Shown here piece after piece: positions 32,401 through 46,560 of a DNA stretch of 64,000 nucleotides. The stretch is taken from positions 19,406,001-19,470,000 of the forward strand of contig OZ024740.1 in assembly GCA_964016885.1 (NCBI GenBank). The letters run 5' to 3'. Within the stretch, counting starts at the first letter, position 1; every line of letters starts with the position of its first letter. The notes beneath the pieces were generated by a model that saw only the letters and a list, made by a program, of their open reading frames with translations, did not search any database and was not told where the DNA came from. The position numbers and the translations under genes were made by a program. The stretch comes from Eledone cirrhosa. Its lineage: Eukaryota.

Positions 32401-34849
32401 CCTTCTTTTTCAACCGACTTACTCTCACCTAATACCTCTACCATGTTACCTTCTTTTTCAACTGTCTTACTCTCACCTAAAACCTCTACCATGTTACCTT
32501 CTTTTTCAACTGTCTTACTCTCACCTAAAACCTCTACCATGTTACCTTCTTTTTCAACTGACTTACTCTCACCTAAAATCTCTACCATGGTACATTCTTT
32601 TCCAACTGACTTACTCTCACCTAAAACCTCTACCATGTTACTTTGTTTTTCAACTGACTTACTCTCACCTAAAACCTCTACCATGTTACCTTCTTTTTCA
32701 ACCGACTTACTCTCACCTAAAACCTCTATGTTACCTTCTTTTTCAACCGACTTACTCTCACCTAAAACCTCTACCATGTTACCTTCTTTTTCAACTGACT
32801 TACTCTCACCTAAAACCTCTACCATGTTACCTTCTTTTTCAACTGACTTACTCTCACCTAAAACCTCTACCATGTTACCTTCTTTTTCAACTGACTTACT
32901 ATCACCTAAAATCTCTATGTTACCTTCTTTTTCAACTGACTTACTCTCACCTAAAACCTCTACCATGTTACCTTCTTTTTCAACTGACTTACTCTCACCT
33001 AAAACCTCTACCATGTTACCTTCTTTTTCAACTGACTTACTATCACCTAAAATCTCTATGTTACCTTCTTTTTCAACTGACTTACTCTCACCTAAAACCT
33101 CTACCATGTTACCTTCTTTTTCAACTGACTTACTCTCACCTAAAACCTCTACCATGTTACATTCTTTTCCAACTGACTTACTCTCACCTAAAACCTCTAC
33201 CATGTTACTTTCTTTTTCAACTGACTTACTCTCACCTAAAACCTCTACCATGTTACCTTCTTTTTCAACTGACTTACTCTCACCTAAAACCTCTACCATG
33301 TTACCTTCTTTTTCAACTGACTTACTCTCACCTAAAACCTCTACCATGTTACCTTCTTTTTCAACTGACTTACTATCACCTAAAATCTCTATGTTACCTT
33401 CTTTTTCAACTGACTTACTCTCACCTAAAACCTCTACCATGTTACCTTCTTTTTCAACTGACTTACTCTCACCTAAAACCTCTACCATGTTACCTTCTTT
33501 TTCAACTGACTTACTCTCACCTAAAACCTCTACCATGTTACCTTCTTTTTCAACTGACTTACTATCACCTAAAATCTCTATGTTACCTTCTTTTTCAACT
33601 GACTTACTCTCACCTAAAACCTCTACCATGTTACCTTCTTTTTCAACTGACTTACTCTCACCTAAAACCTCTACCATGTTACATTCTTTTCCAACTGACT
33701 TACTCTCACCTAAAACCTCTACCATGTTACTTTCTTTTTCAACTGACTTACTCTCACCTAAAACCTCTACCATGTTACCTTCTTTTTCAACTGACTTACT
33801 CTCACCTAAAACCTCTACCATGTTACCTTCTTTTTCAACTGACTTACTCTCACCTAAAACCTCTACCATGTTACCTTCTTTTTCAACTGACTTACTATCA
33901 CCTAAAATCTCTATGTTACCTTCTTTTTCAACTGACTTACTCTCACCTAAAACCTCTACCATGTTACCTTCTTTTTCAACTGACTTACTCTCACCTAAAA
34001 CCTCTACCATGTTACCTTCTTTTTCAACTGACTTACTATCACCTAAAATCTCTATGTTACCTTCTTTTTCAACTGACTTACTCTCACCTAAAACCTCTAC
34101 CATGTTACCTTCTTTTTCAACTGACTTACTCTCACCTAAAACCTCTACCATGTTACATTCTTTTCCAACTGACTTACTCTCACCTAAAACCTCTACCATG
34201 TTACTTTCTTTTTCAACTGACTTACTCTCACCTAAAACCTCTACCATGTTACCTTCTTTTTCAACTGACTTACTCTCACCTAAAACCTCTACCATGTTAC
34301 CTTCTTTTTCAACTGACTTACTCTCACCTAAAACCTCTACCATGTTACCTTCTTTTTCAACTGACTTACTATCACCTAAAATCTCTATGTTACCTTCTTT
34401 TTCAACTGACTTACTCTCACCTAAAACCTCTACCATGTTACCTTCTTTTTCAACTGACTTACTCTCACCTAAAACCTCTACCATGTTACCTTCTTTTTCA
34501 ACTGACTTACTCTCACCTAAAACCTCTACCATGTTACCTTCTTTTTCAACTGACTTACTCTCACCTAAAATCTCTATGTTACCTTCTTTTTCAACTGACT
34601 TACTCTCACCTAAAACCTCTACCATGTTACCTTCTTTTTCAACTGACTTACTCTCACCTAAAACCTCTACCATGTTACCTTCTTTTTCAACTGACTTACT
34701 CTCACCTAAAACCTCTACCATGTTACCTTCTTTTTCAACTGACTTACTATCACCTAAAATCTCTATGTTACCTTCTTTTTCAACTGACTTACTCTCACCT
34801 AAAACCTCTACCATGTTACCTTCTTTTTCAACTGACTTACTCTCACCTA

Positions 34850-37800
34850 AAACCTCTACCATGTTACATTCTTTTCCAACTGACTTACTCTCACCTAAAA
34901 CCTCTACCATCTTACCTTCTTTTTCAACTGACTTACTCTCACCTAAAACCTCTACCATGTTACATTCTTTTCCAACTGACTTACTCTCACCTAAAACCTC
35001 TACCATCTTACCTTCTTTTTCAACTGACTTACTCTCACCTAAAACCTCTACCATGTTACTTTCTTTTTCAACTGACTTACTCTCACCTAAAACCTCTACC
35101 ATGTTACCTTCTTTTTCAACTGACTTACTCTCACCTAAAACCTCTATGTTACCTTCTTTTTCAACCGACTTACTCTCACCTAAAACCTCTACCATTTTAC
35201 CTTCTTTTTCAACTGACTTACTCTCACCTAAAACCTCTACCATGTTACCTTCTTTTTCAACTGACTTACTCTCACCTAAAACCTCTACCATGTTACCTTC
35301 TTTTTCAACTGACTTACTCTCACCTAAAACCTCTAACATGATACCTTCTTTTTCAACTGACTTACTCTCACCTAAAACCTCTACCATGTTACCTTCTTTT
35401 TCAACTGTCTTAGCCTCACCTAAAACCTCTACCATGTTACATTCTTTTTCAACTGACTTACTCTCACCTAAAACCTCTACCATGTTACCTTCTTTTTCAA
35501 CTGACTTACACTCACCTAAAACCTCTATGTTACCTTCTTTTTCAACCTACTTACACTCACCTAAAACCTCTACCATGTTACCTTCTTTTTCAACTGACTT
35601 ACTCTCACCTAAAACCTCTACCATGTTACCTTCTTTTTTAACTGACTTACTCTAACCTAAAACCTCTACCATGTTACCTTCTTTTTCAACTGACTTACTC
35701 TAACCTAAAACCTCTACCATGTTACCTTCTTTTTCAACTGACTTACTCTCACCTAAAACCTCTATGTTACCTTCTTTTTTAACCGACTTACTCTCACCTA
35801 AAACCTCTACCATGTTACCTTCTTTTCCAACTGTCCTAGCCTCACCAAAAACCTCTACCATGTTACCTTCTTTTTCAACTGACTTACTCTCACCTAAAAC
35901 CTCTATGTTACCTTCTTTTTCAACCGACTTACTCTCACCTAAAACCTCTACCATGTTACCTTCTTTTTCAACTGACTTACTCTCACCTAAAACCTCTACC
36001 ATGTTACCTTCTTTTTCAACTGACTTACTCTCACCTAAAACCTCTACCATGTTACCTTCTTTTTCAACTGACTTACTCTCACCTAAAACCTCTGTGTTAC
36101 CTTCTTTTTCAACCGACTTACTCTCACCTAAAACCTCGGCCATGTTACCTTCTTTTTCAACTGACTTACTCTCACCTAAAACCTCTACCATGTTACCTTC
36201 TTTTTCAACTGACTTACTCTCACCTAAGACCTCTACCATGTTACCTTCTTTTTCAACTGACTTACTATCACCTAAAATCTCTACCATGTTACCTTCTTTT
36301 TCAACTGTCTTACTCTCACCTAAAACAACTACCATGTTACCTTCTTTTTTAACTGACTTACTCTCACCTAAAACCTCTACCATGTTACATTCTTTTTCAA
36401 CTGACTTACTCTCACCTAAAACCTCTACCAAGTTAACTTCTTTTTCAACTGTCTTACTCTCACCTAAAACCTCTACCATGTTACCTTCTTTTTCAACTGA
36501 CTTACTCTCACCTAAAACCTCTACCATGTTACCTTCTTTTTCAACTGACTTACTCTCACCTAAAATCTCTATGTTACCTTCTTTTTCAACTGACTTACTC
36601 TCACCTAAAACCTCTACCATGTTACCTTCTTTTTCAACTGACTTACTCTCACCTAAAACCTCTACCATGTTACCTTCTTTTTCAACTGACTTACTCTCAC
36701 CTAAAACCTCTACCATGTTACCTTCTTTTTCAACTGACTTACTATCACCTAAAATCTCTATGTTACCTTCTTTTTCAACTGACTTACTCTCACCTAAAAC
36801 CTCTACCATGTTACCTTCTTTTTCAACTGACTTACTCTCACCTAAAACCTCTACCATGTTACATTCTTTTCCAACTGACTTACTCTCACCTAAAACCTCT
36901 ACCATCTTACCTTCTTTTTCAACTGACTTACTCTCACCTAAAACCTCTACCATGTTACATTCTTTTCCAACTGACTTACTCTCACCTAAAACCTCTACCA
37001 TGTTACCTTCTTTTTCAACTGACTTACTCTCACCTAAAACCTCTACCATGTTACATTCTTTTCCAACTGACTTACTCTCACCTAAAACCTCTACCATCTT
37101 ACCTTCTTTTTCAACTGACTTACTCTCACCTAAAACCTCTACCATGTTACATTCTTTTCCAACTGACTTACTCTCACCTAAAACCTCTACCATCTTACCT
37201 TCTTTTTCAACTGACTTACTCTCACCTAAAACCTCTACCATGTTACATTCTTTTCCAACTGACTTACTCTCACCTAAAACCTCTACCATGTTACCTTCTT
37301 TTTCAACTGACTTACTCTCACCTAAAACCTCTACCATGTTACTTTCTTTTTCAACTGACTTACTCTCACCTAAAACCTCTACCATGTTACCTTCTTTTTC
37401 AACTGACTTACTCTCACCTAAAACCTCTATGTTACCTTCTTTTTCAACCGACTTACTCTCACCTAAAACCTCTACCATTTTACCTTCTTTTTCAACTGAC
37501 TTACTCTCACCTAAAACCTCTACCATGTTACCTTCTTTTTCAACTGACTTACTCTCACCTAAAACCTCTACCATGTTACCTTCTTTTTCAACTGACTTAC
37601 TCTCACCTAAAACCTCTAACATGATACCTTCTTTTTCAACTGACTTACTCTCACCTAAAACCTCTACCATGTTACCTTCTTTTTCAACTGTCTTAGCCTC
37701 ACCTAAAACCTCTACCATGTTACATTCTTTTTCAACTGACTTACTCTCACCTAAAACCTCTACCATGTTACCTTCTTTTTCAACTGACTTACACTCACCT

Positions 37801-38760
37801 AAAACCTCTATGTTACCTTCTTTTTCAACCTACTTACACTCACCTAAAACCTCTACCATGTTACCTTCTTTTTCAACTGACTTACTCTCACCTAAAACCT
37901 CTACCATGTTACCTTCTTTTTTAACTGACTTACTCTAACCTAAAACCTCTACCATGTTACCTTCTTTTTCAACTGACTTACTCTAACCTAAAACCTCTAC
38001 CATGTTACCTTCTTTTTCAACTGACTTACTCTCACCTAAAACCTCTATGTTACCTTCTTTTTTAACCGACTTACTCTCACCTAAAACCTCTACCATGTTA
38101 CCTTCTTTTCCAACTGTCCTAGCCTCACCAAAAACCTCTACCATGTTACCTTCTTTTTCAACTGACTTACTCTCACCTAAAACCTCTATGTTACCTTCTT
38201 TTTCAACCGACTTACTCTCACCTAAAACCTCTACCATGTTACCTTCTTTTTCAACTGACTTACTCTCACCTAAAACCTCTACCATGTTACCTTCTTTTTC
38301 AACTGACTTACTCTCACCTAAAACCTCTACCATGTTACCTTCTTTTTCAACTGACTTACTCTCACCTAAAACCTCTGTGTTACCTTCTTTTTCAACCGAC
38401 TTACTCTCACCTAAAACCTCGGCCATGTTACCTTCTTTTTCAACTGACTTACTCTCACCTAAAACCTCTACCATGTTACCTTCTTTTTCAACTGACTTAC
38501 TCTCACCTAAGACCTCTACCATGTTACCTTCTTTTTCAACTGACTTACTATCACCTAAAATCTCTACCATGTTACCTTCTTTTTCAACTGTCTTACTCTC
38601 ACCTAAAACAACTACCATGTTACCTTCTTTTTTAACTGACTTACTCTCACCTAAAACCTCTACCATGTTACATTCTTTTTCAACTGACTTACTCTCACCT
38701 AAAACCTCTACCAAGTTAACTTCTTTTTCAACTGTCTTACTCTCACCTAAAACCTCTACC
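34850..38760. repeat. Higher-order duplication with 2283-bp offset within the satellite (boundaries approximate)
   Basis: ACCATTTTAC at 35191/37474, TAAAACAACT at 36321/38604, and ORF ends 35655/37938 are all offset by 2283. Confidence 0.85.
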
Positions 38761-40199
38761 ATGTTACATTCTTTTTCAACTGACTTACTCTCACCTAAAA
38801 CCTCTACCATGTTACTTTCTTTTTCAACTGACTTACTCTCACCTAAAACCTCTACCATGTTACCTTCTTTTTCAACTGTCTTAGCCTCACCTAAAACCTC
38901 TACCATGTTACCTTCTTTTTCAACTGACTTACTCTCACCTAAAACCTCTATGTTACCTTCTTTTTCAACCGACTTACTATCACCTAAAACCTCTACCATG
39001 TTACCTTCTTTTTCAACTGACTTACTCTCACCTAAAACCTCTACCATGTTACCATCTTTTTCAACTGACTTACTCTCACCTAAAACCTCTACCATGTTAC
39101 CTTCTTTTTCAACTGACTTACTCTCACCTAAAACCTCTACCATGTTACCTTCTTTTTCAACTGACTTACTCTCACCTAAAACCTCTATGTTACCTTCTTT
39201 TTCAACCGACTTACTCTCACCTAAAACCTCTACCATGTTACCTTCTTTTTCAACTGACTTACTCTCACCTAAAACCTCTATGTTACCTTCTTTTTCAACT
39301 GACTTACTCTCACCTAAAACATCTACCATGTTACCTTCTTTTTCAACTATCTTAGCCTCACCTAAAACCTCTACCATGTTACCTTCTTTTTCAACTGTCC
39401 TAGCCTCACCTAAAACCTCTACCATGTTAAGTTCTTTTTCAACTGACTTACTCTCACCTAAAACCTCTACCATGTTACCTTCTTTTTCAACTGACTTACT
39501 CTCACCTAAAACCTCTACCATGTTACATTCTTTTTCAACTGACTTACTCTCACCTAAAACCTCTACCATGTTACTTTCTTTTTCAACTGACTTACTCTCA
39601 CCTAAAACCTCTACCATGTTACCTTCTTTTTCAACTGTCTTAGCCTCACCTAAAACCTCTACCATGTTACCTTCTTTTTCAACTGACTTACTCTCACCTA
39701 AAACCTCTACCATGTTACCTTCTTTTTCAACTGACTTACTCTCACCTAAAACCTCTACCATGTTACCTTCTTTTTCAACTGTCTTACTCTCACCTAAAAC
39801 CTCTACCATGTTACATTCTTTTCCAACTGACTTACTCTCACCTAAAACCTCTACCATGTTACTTTGTTTTTCAACTGACTTACTCTCACCTAAAACCTCT
39901 ACCATGTTACCTTCTTTTTCAACCGACTTACTCTCACCTAAAACCTCTATGTTACCTTCTTTTTCAACCGACTTACTCTCACCTAAAACCTCTACCATGT
40001 TACCTTCTTTTTCAACTGACTTACTCTCACCTAAAACCTCTACCATGTTACCTTCTTTTTCAACTGACTTACTCTCACCTAAAACCTCTACCATGTTACC
40101 TTCTTTTTCAACTGACTTACTCTCACCTAAAACCTCTACCATGTTACCTTCTTTTTCAACTGACTTACTCTCACCTAAAACCTCTATGTTACCTTCTTT

Positions 40200-43100
40200 T
40201 TCAACCGACTTACTATCACCTAAAACCTCTACCATGTTACCTTCTTTTTCAACTGACTTACTCTCACCTAAAACCTCTACCATGTTACCATCTTTTTCAA
40301 CTGACTTACTCTCACCTAAAACCTCTACCATGTTACCTTCTTTTTCAACTGACTTACTCTCACCTAAAACCTCTACCATGTTACCTTCTTTTTCAACTGA
40401 CTTACTCTCACCTAAAACCTCTATGTTACCTTCTTTTTCAACCGACTTACTCTCACCTAAAACCTCTACCATGTTACCTTCTTTTTCAACTGACTTACTC
40501 TCACCTAAAACCTCTATGTTACCTTCTTTTTCAACTGACTTACTCTCACCTAAAACATCTACCATGTTACCTTCTTTTTCAACTATCTTAGCCTCACCTA
40601 AAACCTCTACCATGTTACCTTCTTTTTCAACTGTCCTAGCCTCACCTAAAACCTCTACCATGTTAAGTTCTTTTTCAACTGACTTACTCTCACCTAAAAC
40701 CTCTACCATGTTACCTTCTTTTTCAACTGACTTACTCTCACCTAAAACCTCTACCATGTTACATTCTTTTTCAACTGACTTACTCTCACCTAAAACCTCT
40801 ACCATGTTACTTTCTTTTTCAACTGACTTACTCTCACCTAAAACCTCTACCATGTTACCTTCTTTTTCAACTGTCTTAGCCTCACCTAAAACCTCTACCA
40901 TGTTACCTTCTTTTTCAACTGACTTACTCTCACCTAAAACCTCTACCATGTTACCTTCTTTTTCAACTGACTTACTCTCACCTAAAACCTCTACCATGTT
41001 ACCTTCTTTTTCAACTGTCTTACTCTCACCTAAAACCTCTACCATGTTACATTCTTTTCCAACTGACTTACTCTCACCTAAAACCTCTACCATGTTACTT
41101 TGTTTTTCAACTGACTTACTCTCACCTAAAACCTCTACCATGTTACCTTCTTTTTCAACCGACTTACTCTCACCTAAAACCTCTATGTTACCTTCTTTTT
41201 CAACCGACTTACTCTCACCTAAAACCTCTACCATGTTACCTTCTTTTTCAACTGACTTACTCTCACCTAAAACCTCTACCATGTTACCTTCTTTTTCAAC
41301 TGACTTACTCTCACCTAAAACCTCTACCATGTTACCTTCTTTTTCAACTGACTTACTCTCACCTAAAACCTCTACCATGTTACCTTCTTTTTCAACTGTC
41401 TTAGCCTCACCTAAAACCTCTACCATGTTACCTTCTTTTTCAACCGACTTACTCTCACCTAAAACCTCTACCATGTTACCTTCTTTTTCAACTGACTTAC
41501 ACTCACCTAAAACCTCTATGTTAACTTCTTTTTCAACCTACTTACACTCACCTAAAACCTCTACCATGTTACCTTCTTTTTCAACTGACTTACTCTCACC
41601 TAAAACCTCTACCATGTTACATTCTTTTCCAACTGACTTACTCTCACCTAAAACCTCTACCATGTTACTTTCTTTTTCAACTGACTTACTCTCACCTAAA
41701 ACCTCTACCATGTTACTTTGTTTTTCAACTGACTTACTCTCACCTAAAACCTCTACCATGTTACCTTCTTTTTCAACTATCTTAGCATCACCTAAAACCT
41801 CTACCATGTTACCTTCTTTTTCAACTGTCCTAGTCTCACCTAAAACCTCTACCATGTTACCTTCTTTTTCAACTGACTTACTCTCACCTAAAACCTCTAC
41901 CATGTTACCTTCTTTTTCAACTGACTTACTCTCACCTAAAACCTCTACCATGTTACCTTATTTTCAACTGACTTACTATCACCTAAAACCTCTGCCATGT
42001 TACCTTCTTTTTCAACTGACTTACTCTCACCTAAAACCTCTACCATGTTACCTTCTTTTTCAACTAACTTACTCTCACCTAAAACCTCTACCATGTTACC
42101 TTCTTTTTCAACTGACTTACTCTCACCTAAAACCTCTATGTTACCTTCTTTTTCAACCGACTTACTCTCACCTAAAACCTCTACCATGTTACCTTCTTTT
42201 TCAACCTACTTACTCTCACCTAATACCTCTACCATGTTACCTTCTTTTTCAACCGACTTACTCTCTCCTAAAACCTCTACCATGTTACCTTCTTTTTCAA
42301 CTGACTTACTCTCACCTAAAACCTCTACCATGTTACCTTCTTTTTCAACTGACTTACTCTCACCTAAAAACTCTACCATGTTACCTTCTTTTTCAACTGT
42401 CCTAGCCTCACCTAAAACCTCTACCATGTTACCTTCTTTTTCAACTGACTTACTCTCACCTAAAACCTCTACCATGTTACCTTCTTTTTCAACTGACTTA
42501 CTCTCACCTAAAACCTCTATGTTACCTTCTTTTTCAACCGACTTACTCTCACCTAAAACCTCTACCATGTTACCTTCTTTTTCAACTGTCTTACTCTCAC
42601 CTAAAACCTCTGCAATGTTACCTTCTTTTTCAACTGACTTACTCTCACCTAAAACCTCTACCATGTTACCTTCTTTTTCAACTGACTTACTCTCACCTAA
42701 AACCTCTACCATGTTACCTTCTTTTTCAACTGTCCTAGCCTCACCTAAAACCTCTACCATGTTACCTTCTTTTTCAACTGTCTTACTCTCACCTAAAACC
42801 TCTACCATGTTACCTTCTTTTTCAACTGACTTACTCTCACCTAAAACCTGTATGTTACCTTCTTTTTCAACCGACTTACTCTCACCTAAAACCTCTACCA
42901 TGTTACCTTCTTTTTCAACCGAGTTACTCTCACCTAAAACCTCTACCATGTTACCTTCTTTTTCAACTGTCTTACCCTCACCTAAAACCTCTACCATGTT
43001 ACCTTCTTTTTCAACTGACTTACTCTCACCTAAAACCTCTACCAAGTTACCTTCTTTTTCAACTGACTTACTCTCACCTAAAACCGCTATGTTACCTTCT

Positions 43101-46100
43101 TTTTCAACTGACTTACTCTCACATAAATCCTCTACCATGTTACATTTTTTTTCAACTGTCTTACTCTCACCTAAAACCTCTACCACGTTACCTTCTTTTT
43201 CAACTGACTTACTCTCACCTAAAACCTCTACCATGTTACCTTCTTTTTCAACTGACTTACTCTCACCTAAAACCTTTACCATGTTACCTTCTTTTTCAAC
43301 TGTCTTACCCTCACCTAAAACCTCTACCATGTTACCCTCTTTTTCAACTGACCTACTCTCACCTAAAACCTCTACCATGTTACCTTCTTTTTCAACTGAC
43401 TTACTCTCACCTAAAACCTCTACCATGTTACCTTCTTTTTCAACTGACTTACTCTCACCTAAAACCTCTACCATGTTACCTTATTTTCAACTGACTTACT
43501 ATCACCTAAAACCTCTACCATGTTACCTTCTTTTTCAACTGACTTACTCTCACCTAAAACCTCTACCATGTTACCATCTTTTTCAACTGACTTACTCTCA
43601 CCTAAAACCTCTACCATGTTACCTTCTTTTTCAACTGACTTACTCTCACCTAAAACCTCTACCATGTTACCTTCTTTTTCAACTGACTTACTCTCACCTA
43701 AAACCTCTATGTTACCTTCTTTTTCAACCGACTTACTCTCACCTAAAACCTCTACCATGTTACCTTCTTTTTCAACTGACTTACTCTCACCTAAAACCTC
43801 TATGTTACCTTCTTTTTCAACTGACTTACTCTCACCTAAAACATCTACCATGTTACCTTCTTTTTCAACTATCTTAGCCTCACCTAAAACCTCTACCATG
43901 TTACCTTCTTTTTCAACTGTCCTAGCCTCACCTAAAACCTCTACCATGTTAAGTTCTTTTTCAACTGACTTACTCTCACCTAAAACCTCTACCATGTTAC
44001 CTTCTTTTTCAACTGACTTACTCTCACCTAAAACCTCTACCATGTTACATTCTTTTTCAACTGACTTACTCTCACCTAAAACCTCTACCATGTTACTTTC
44101 TTTTTCAACTGACTTACTCTCACCTAAAACCTCTACCATGTTACCTTCTTTTTCAACTGTCTTAGCCTCACCTAAAACCTCTACCATGTTACCTTCTTTT
44201 TCAACTGACTTACTCTCACCTAAAACCTCTACCATGTTACCTTCTTTTTCAACTGACTTACTCTCACCTAAAACCTCTACCATGTTACCTTCTTTTTCAA
44301 CTGTCTTACTCTCACCTAAAACCTCTACCATGTTACATTCTTTTCCAACTGACTTACTCTCACCTAAAACCTCTACCATGTTACTTTGTTTTTCAACTGA
44401 CTTACTCTCACCTAAAACCTCTACCATGTTACCTTCTTTTTCAACCGACTTACTCTCACCTAAAACCTCTATGTTACCTTCTTTTTCAACCGACTTACTC
44501 TCACCTAAAACCTCTACCATGTTACCTTCTTTTTCAACTGACTTACTCTCACCTAAAACCTCTACCATGTTACCTTCTTTTTCAACTGACTTACTCTCAC
44601 CTAAAACCTCTACCATGTTACCTTCTTTTTCAACTGACTTACTCTCACCTAAAACCTCTACCATGATACCTTCTTTTTCAACTGACTTACTCTCACCTAA
44701 AACCTCTACCATGTTACCTTCTTTTTCAACTGTCTTAGCCTCACCTAAAACCTCTACCATGTTACCTTCTTTTTCAACCGACTTACTCTCACCTAAAACC
44801 TCTACCATGTTACCTTCTTTTTCAACTGACTTACACTCACCTAAAACCTCTATGTTAACTTCTTTTTCAACCTACTTACACTCACCTAAAACCTCTACCA
44901 TGTTACCTTCTTTTTCAACTGACTTACTCTCACCTAAAACCTCTACCATGTTACATTCTTTTCCAACTGACTTACTCTCACCTAAAACCTCTACCATGTT
45001 ACTTTCTTTTTCAACTGACTTACTCTCACCTAAAACCTCTACCATGTTACTTTGTTTTTCAACTGACTTACTCTCACCTAAAACCTCTACCATGTTACCT
45101 TCTTTTTCAACTATCTTAGCATCACCTAAAACCTCTACCATGTTACCTTCTTTTTCAACTGTCCTAGTCTCACCTAAAACCTCTACCATGTTACCTTCTT
45201 TTTCAACTGACTTACTCTCACCTAAAACCTCTACCATGTTACCTTCTTTTTCAACTGACTTACTCTCACCTAAAACCTCTACCATGTTACCTTATTTTCA
45301 ACTGACTTACTATCACCTAAAACCTCTGCCATGTTACCTTCTTTTTCAACTGACTTACTCTCACCTAAAACCTCTACCATGTTACCTTCTTTTTCAACTA
45401 ACTTACTCTCACCTAAAACCTCTACCATGTTACCTTCTTTTTCAACTGACTTACTCTCACCTAAAACCTCTATGTTACCTTCTTTTTCAACCGACTTACT
45501 CTCACCTAAAACCTCTACCATGTTACCTTCTTTTTCAACCTACTTACTCTCACCTAATACCTCTACCATGTTACCTTCTTTTTCAACCGACTTACTCTCT
45601 CCTAAAACCTCTACCATGTTACCTTCTTTTTCAACTGACTTACTCTCACCTAAAACCTCTACCATGTTACCTTCTTTTTCAACTGACTTACTCTCACCTA
45701 AAAACTCTACCATGTTACCTTCTTTTTCAACTGTCCTAGCCTCACCTAAAACCTCTACCATGTTACCTTCTTTTTCAACTGACTTACTCTCACCTAAAAC
45801 CTCTACCATGTTACCTTCTTTTTCAACTGACTTACTCTCACCTAAAACCTCTATGTTACCTTCTTTTTCAACCGACTTACTCTCACCTAAAACCTCTACC
45901 ATGTTACCTTCTTTTTCAACTGTCTTACTCTCACCTAAAACCTCTGCAATGTTACCTTCTTTTTCAACTGACTTACTCTCACCTAAAACCTCTACCATGT
46001 TACCTTCTTTTTCAACTGACTTACTCTCACCTAAAACCTCTACCATGTTACCTTCTTTTTCAACTGTCCTAGCCTCACCTAAAACCTCTACCATGTTACC

Positions 46101-46560
46101 TTCTTTTTCAACTGTCTTACTCTCACCTAAAACCTCTACCATGTTACCTTCTTTTTCAACTGACTTACTCTCACCTAAAACCTGTATGTTACCTTCTTTT
46201 TCAACCGACTTACTCTCACCTAAAACCTCTACCATGTTACCTTCTTTTTCAACCGAGTTACTCTCACCTAAAACCTCTACCATATTACCTTCTTTTTCAA
46301 CTGTCTTACCCTCACCTAAAACCTCTACCATGTTACCTTCTTTTTCAACTGACTTACTCTCACCTAAAACCTCTACCATGTTACCTTCTTTTTCAACTGA
46401 CTTACTCTCACCTAAAACCGCTATGTTACCTTCTTTTTCAACTGACTTACTCTCACATAAATCCTCTACCATGTTACATTTTTTTTCAACTGTCTTACTC
46501 TCACCTAAAACCTCTACCACGTTACCTTCTTTTTCAACTGACTTACTCTCACCTAAAACC
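40200..46560. repeat. Higher-order duplication with ~3334-bp offset within the satellite (boundaries approximate)
   Basis: CTTAGCATCA at 41781/45115, ACATAAATCC at 43121/46455, and ORF pairs 41538/44872 and 41945/45279 are all offset by 3334. Confidence 0.85.
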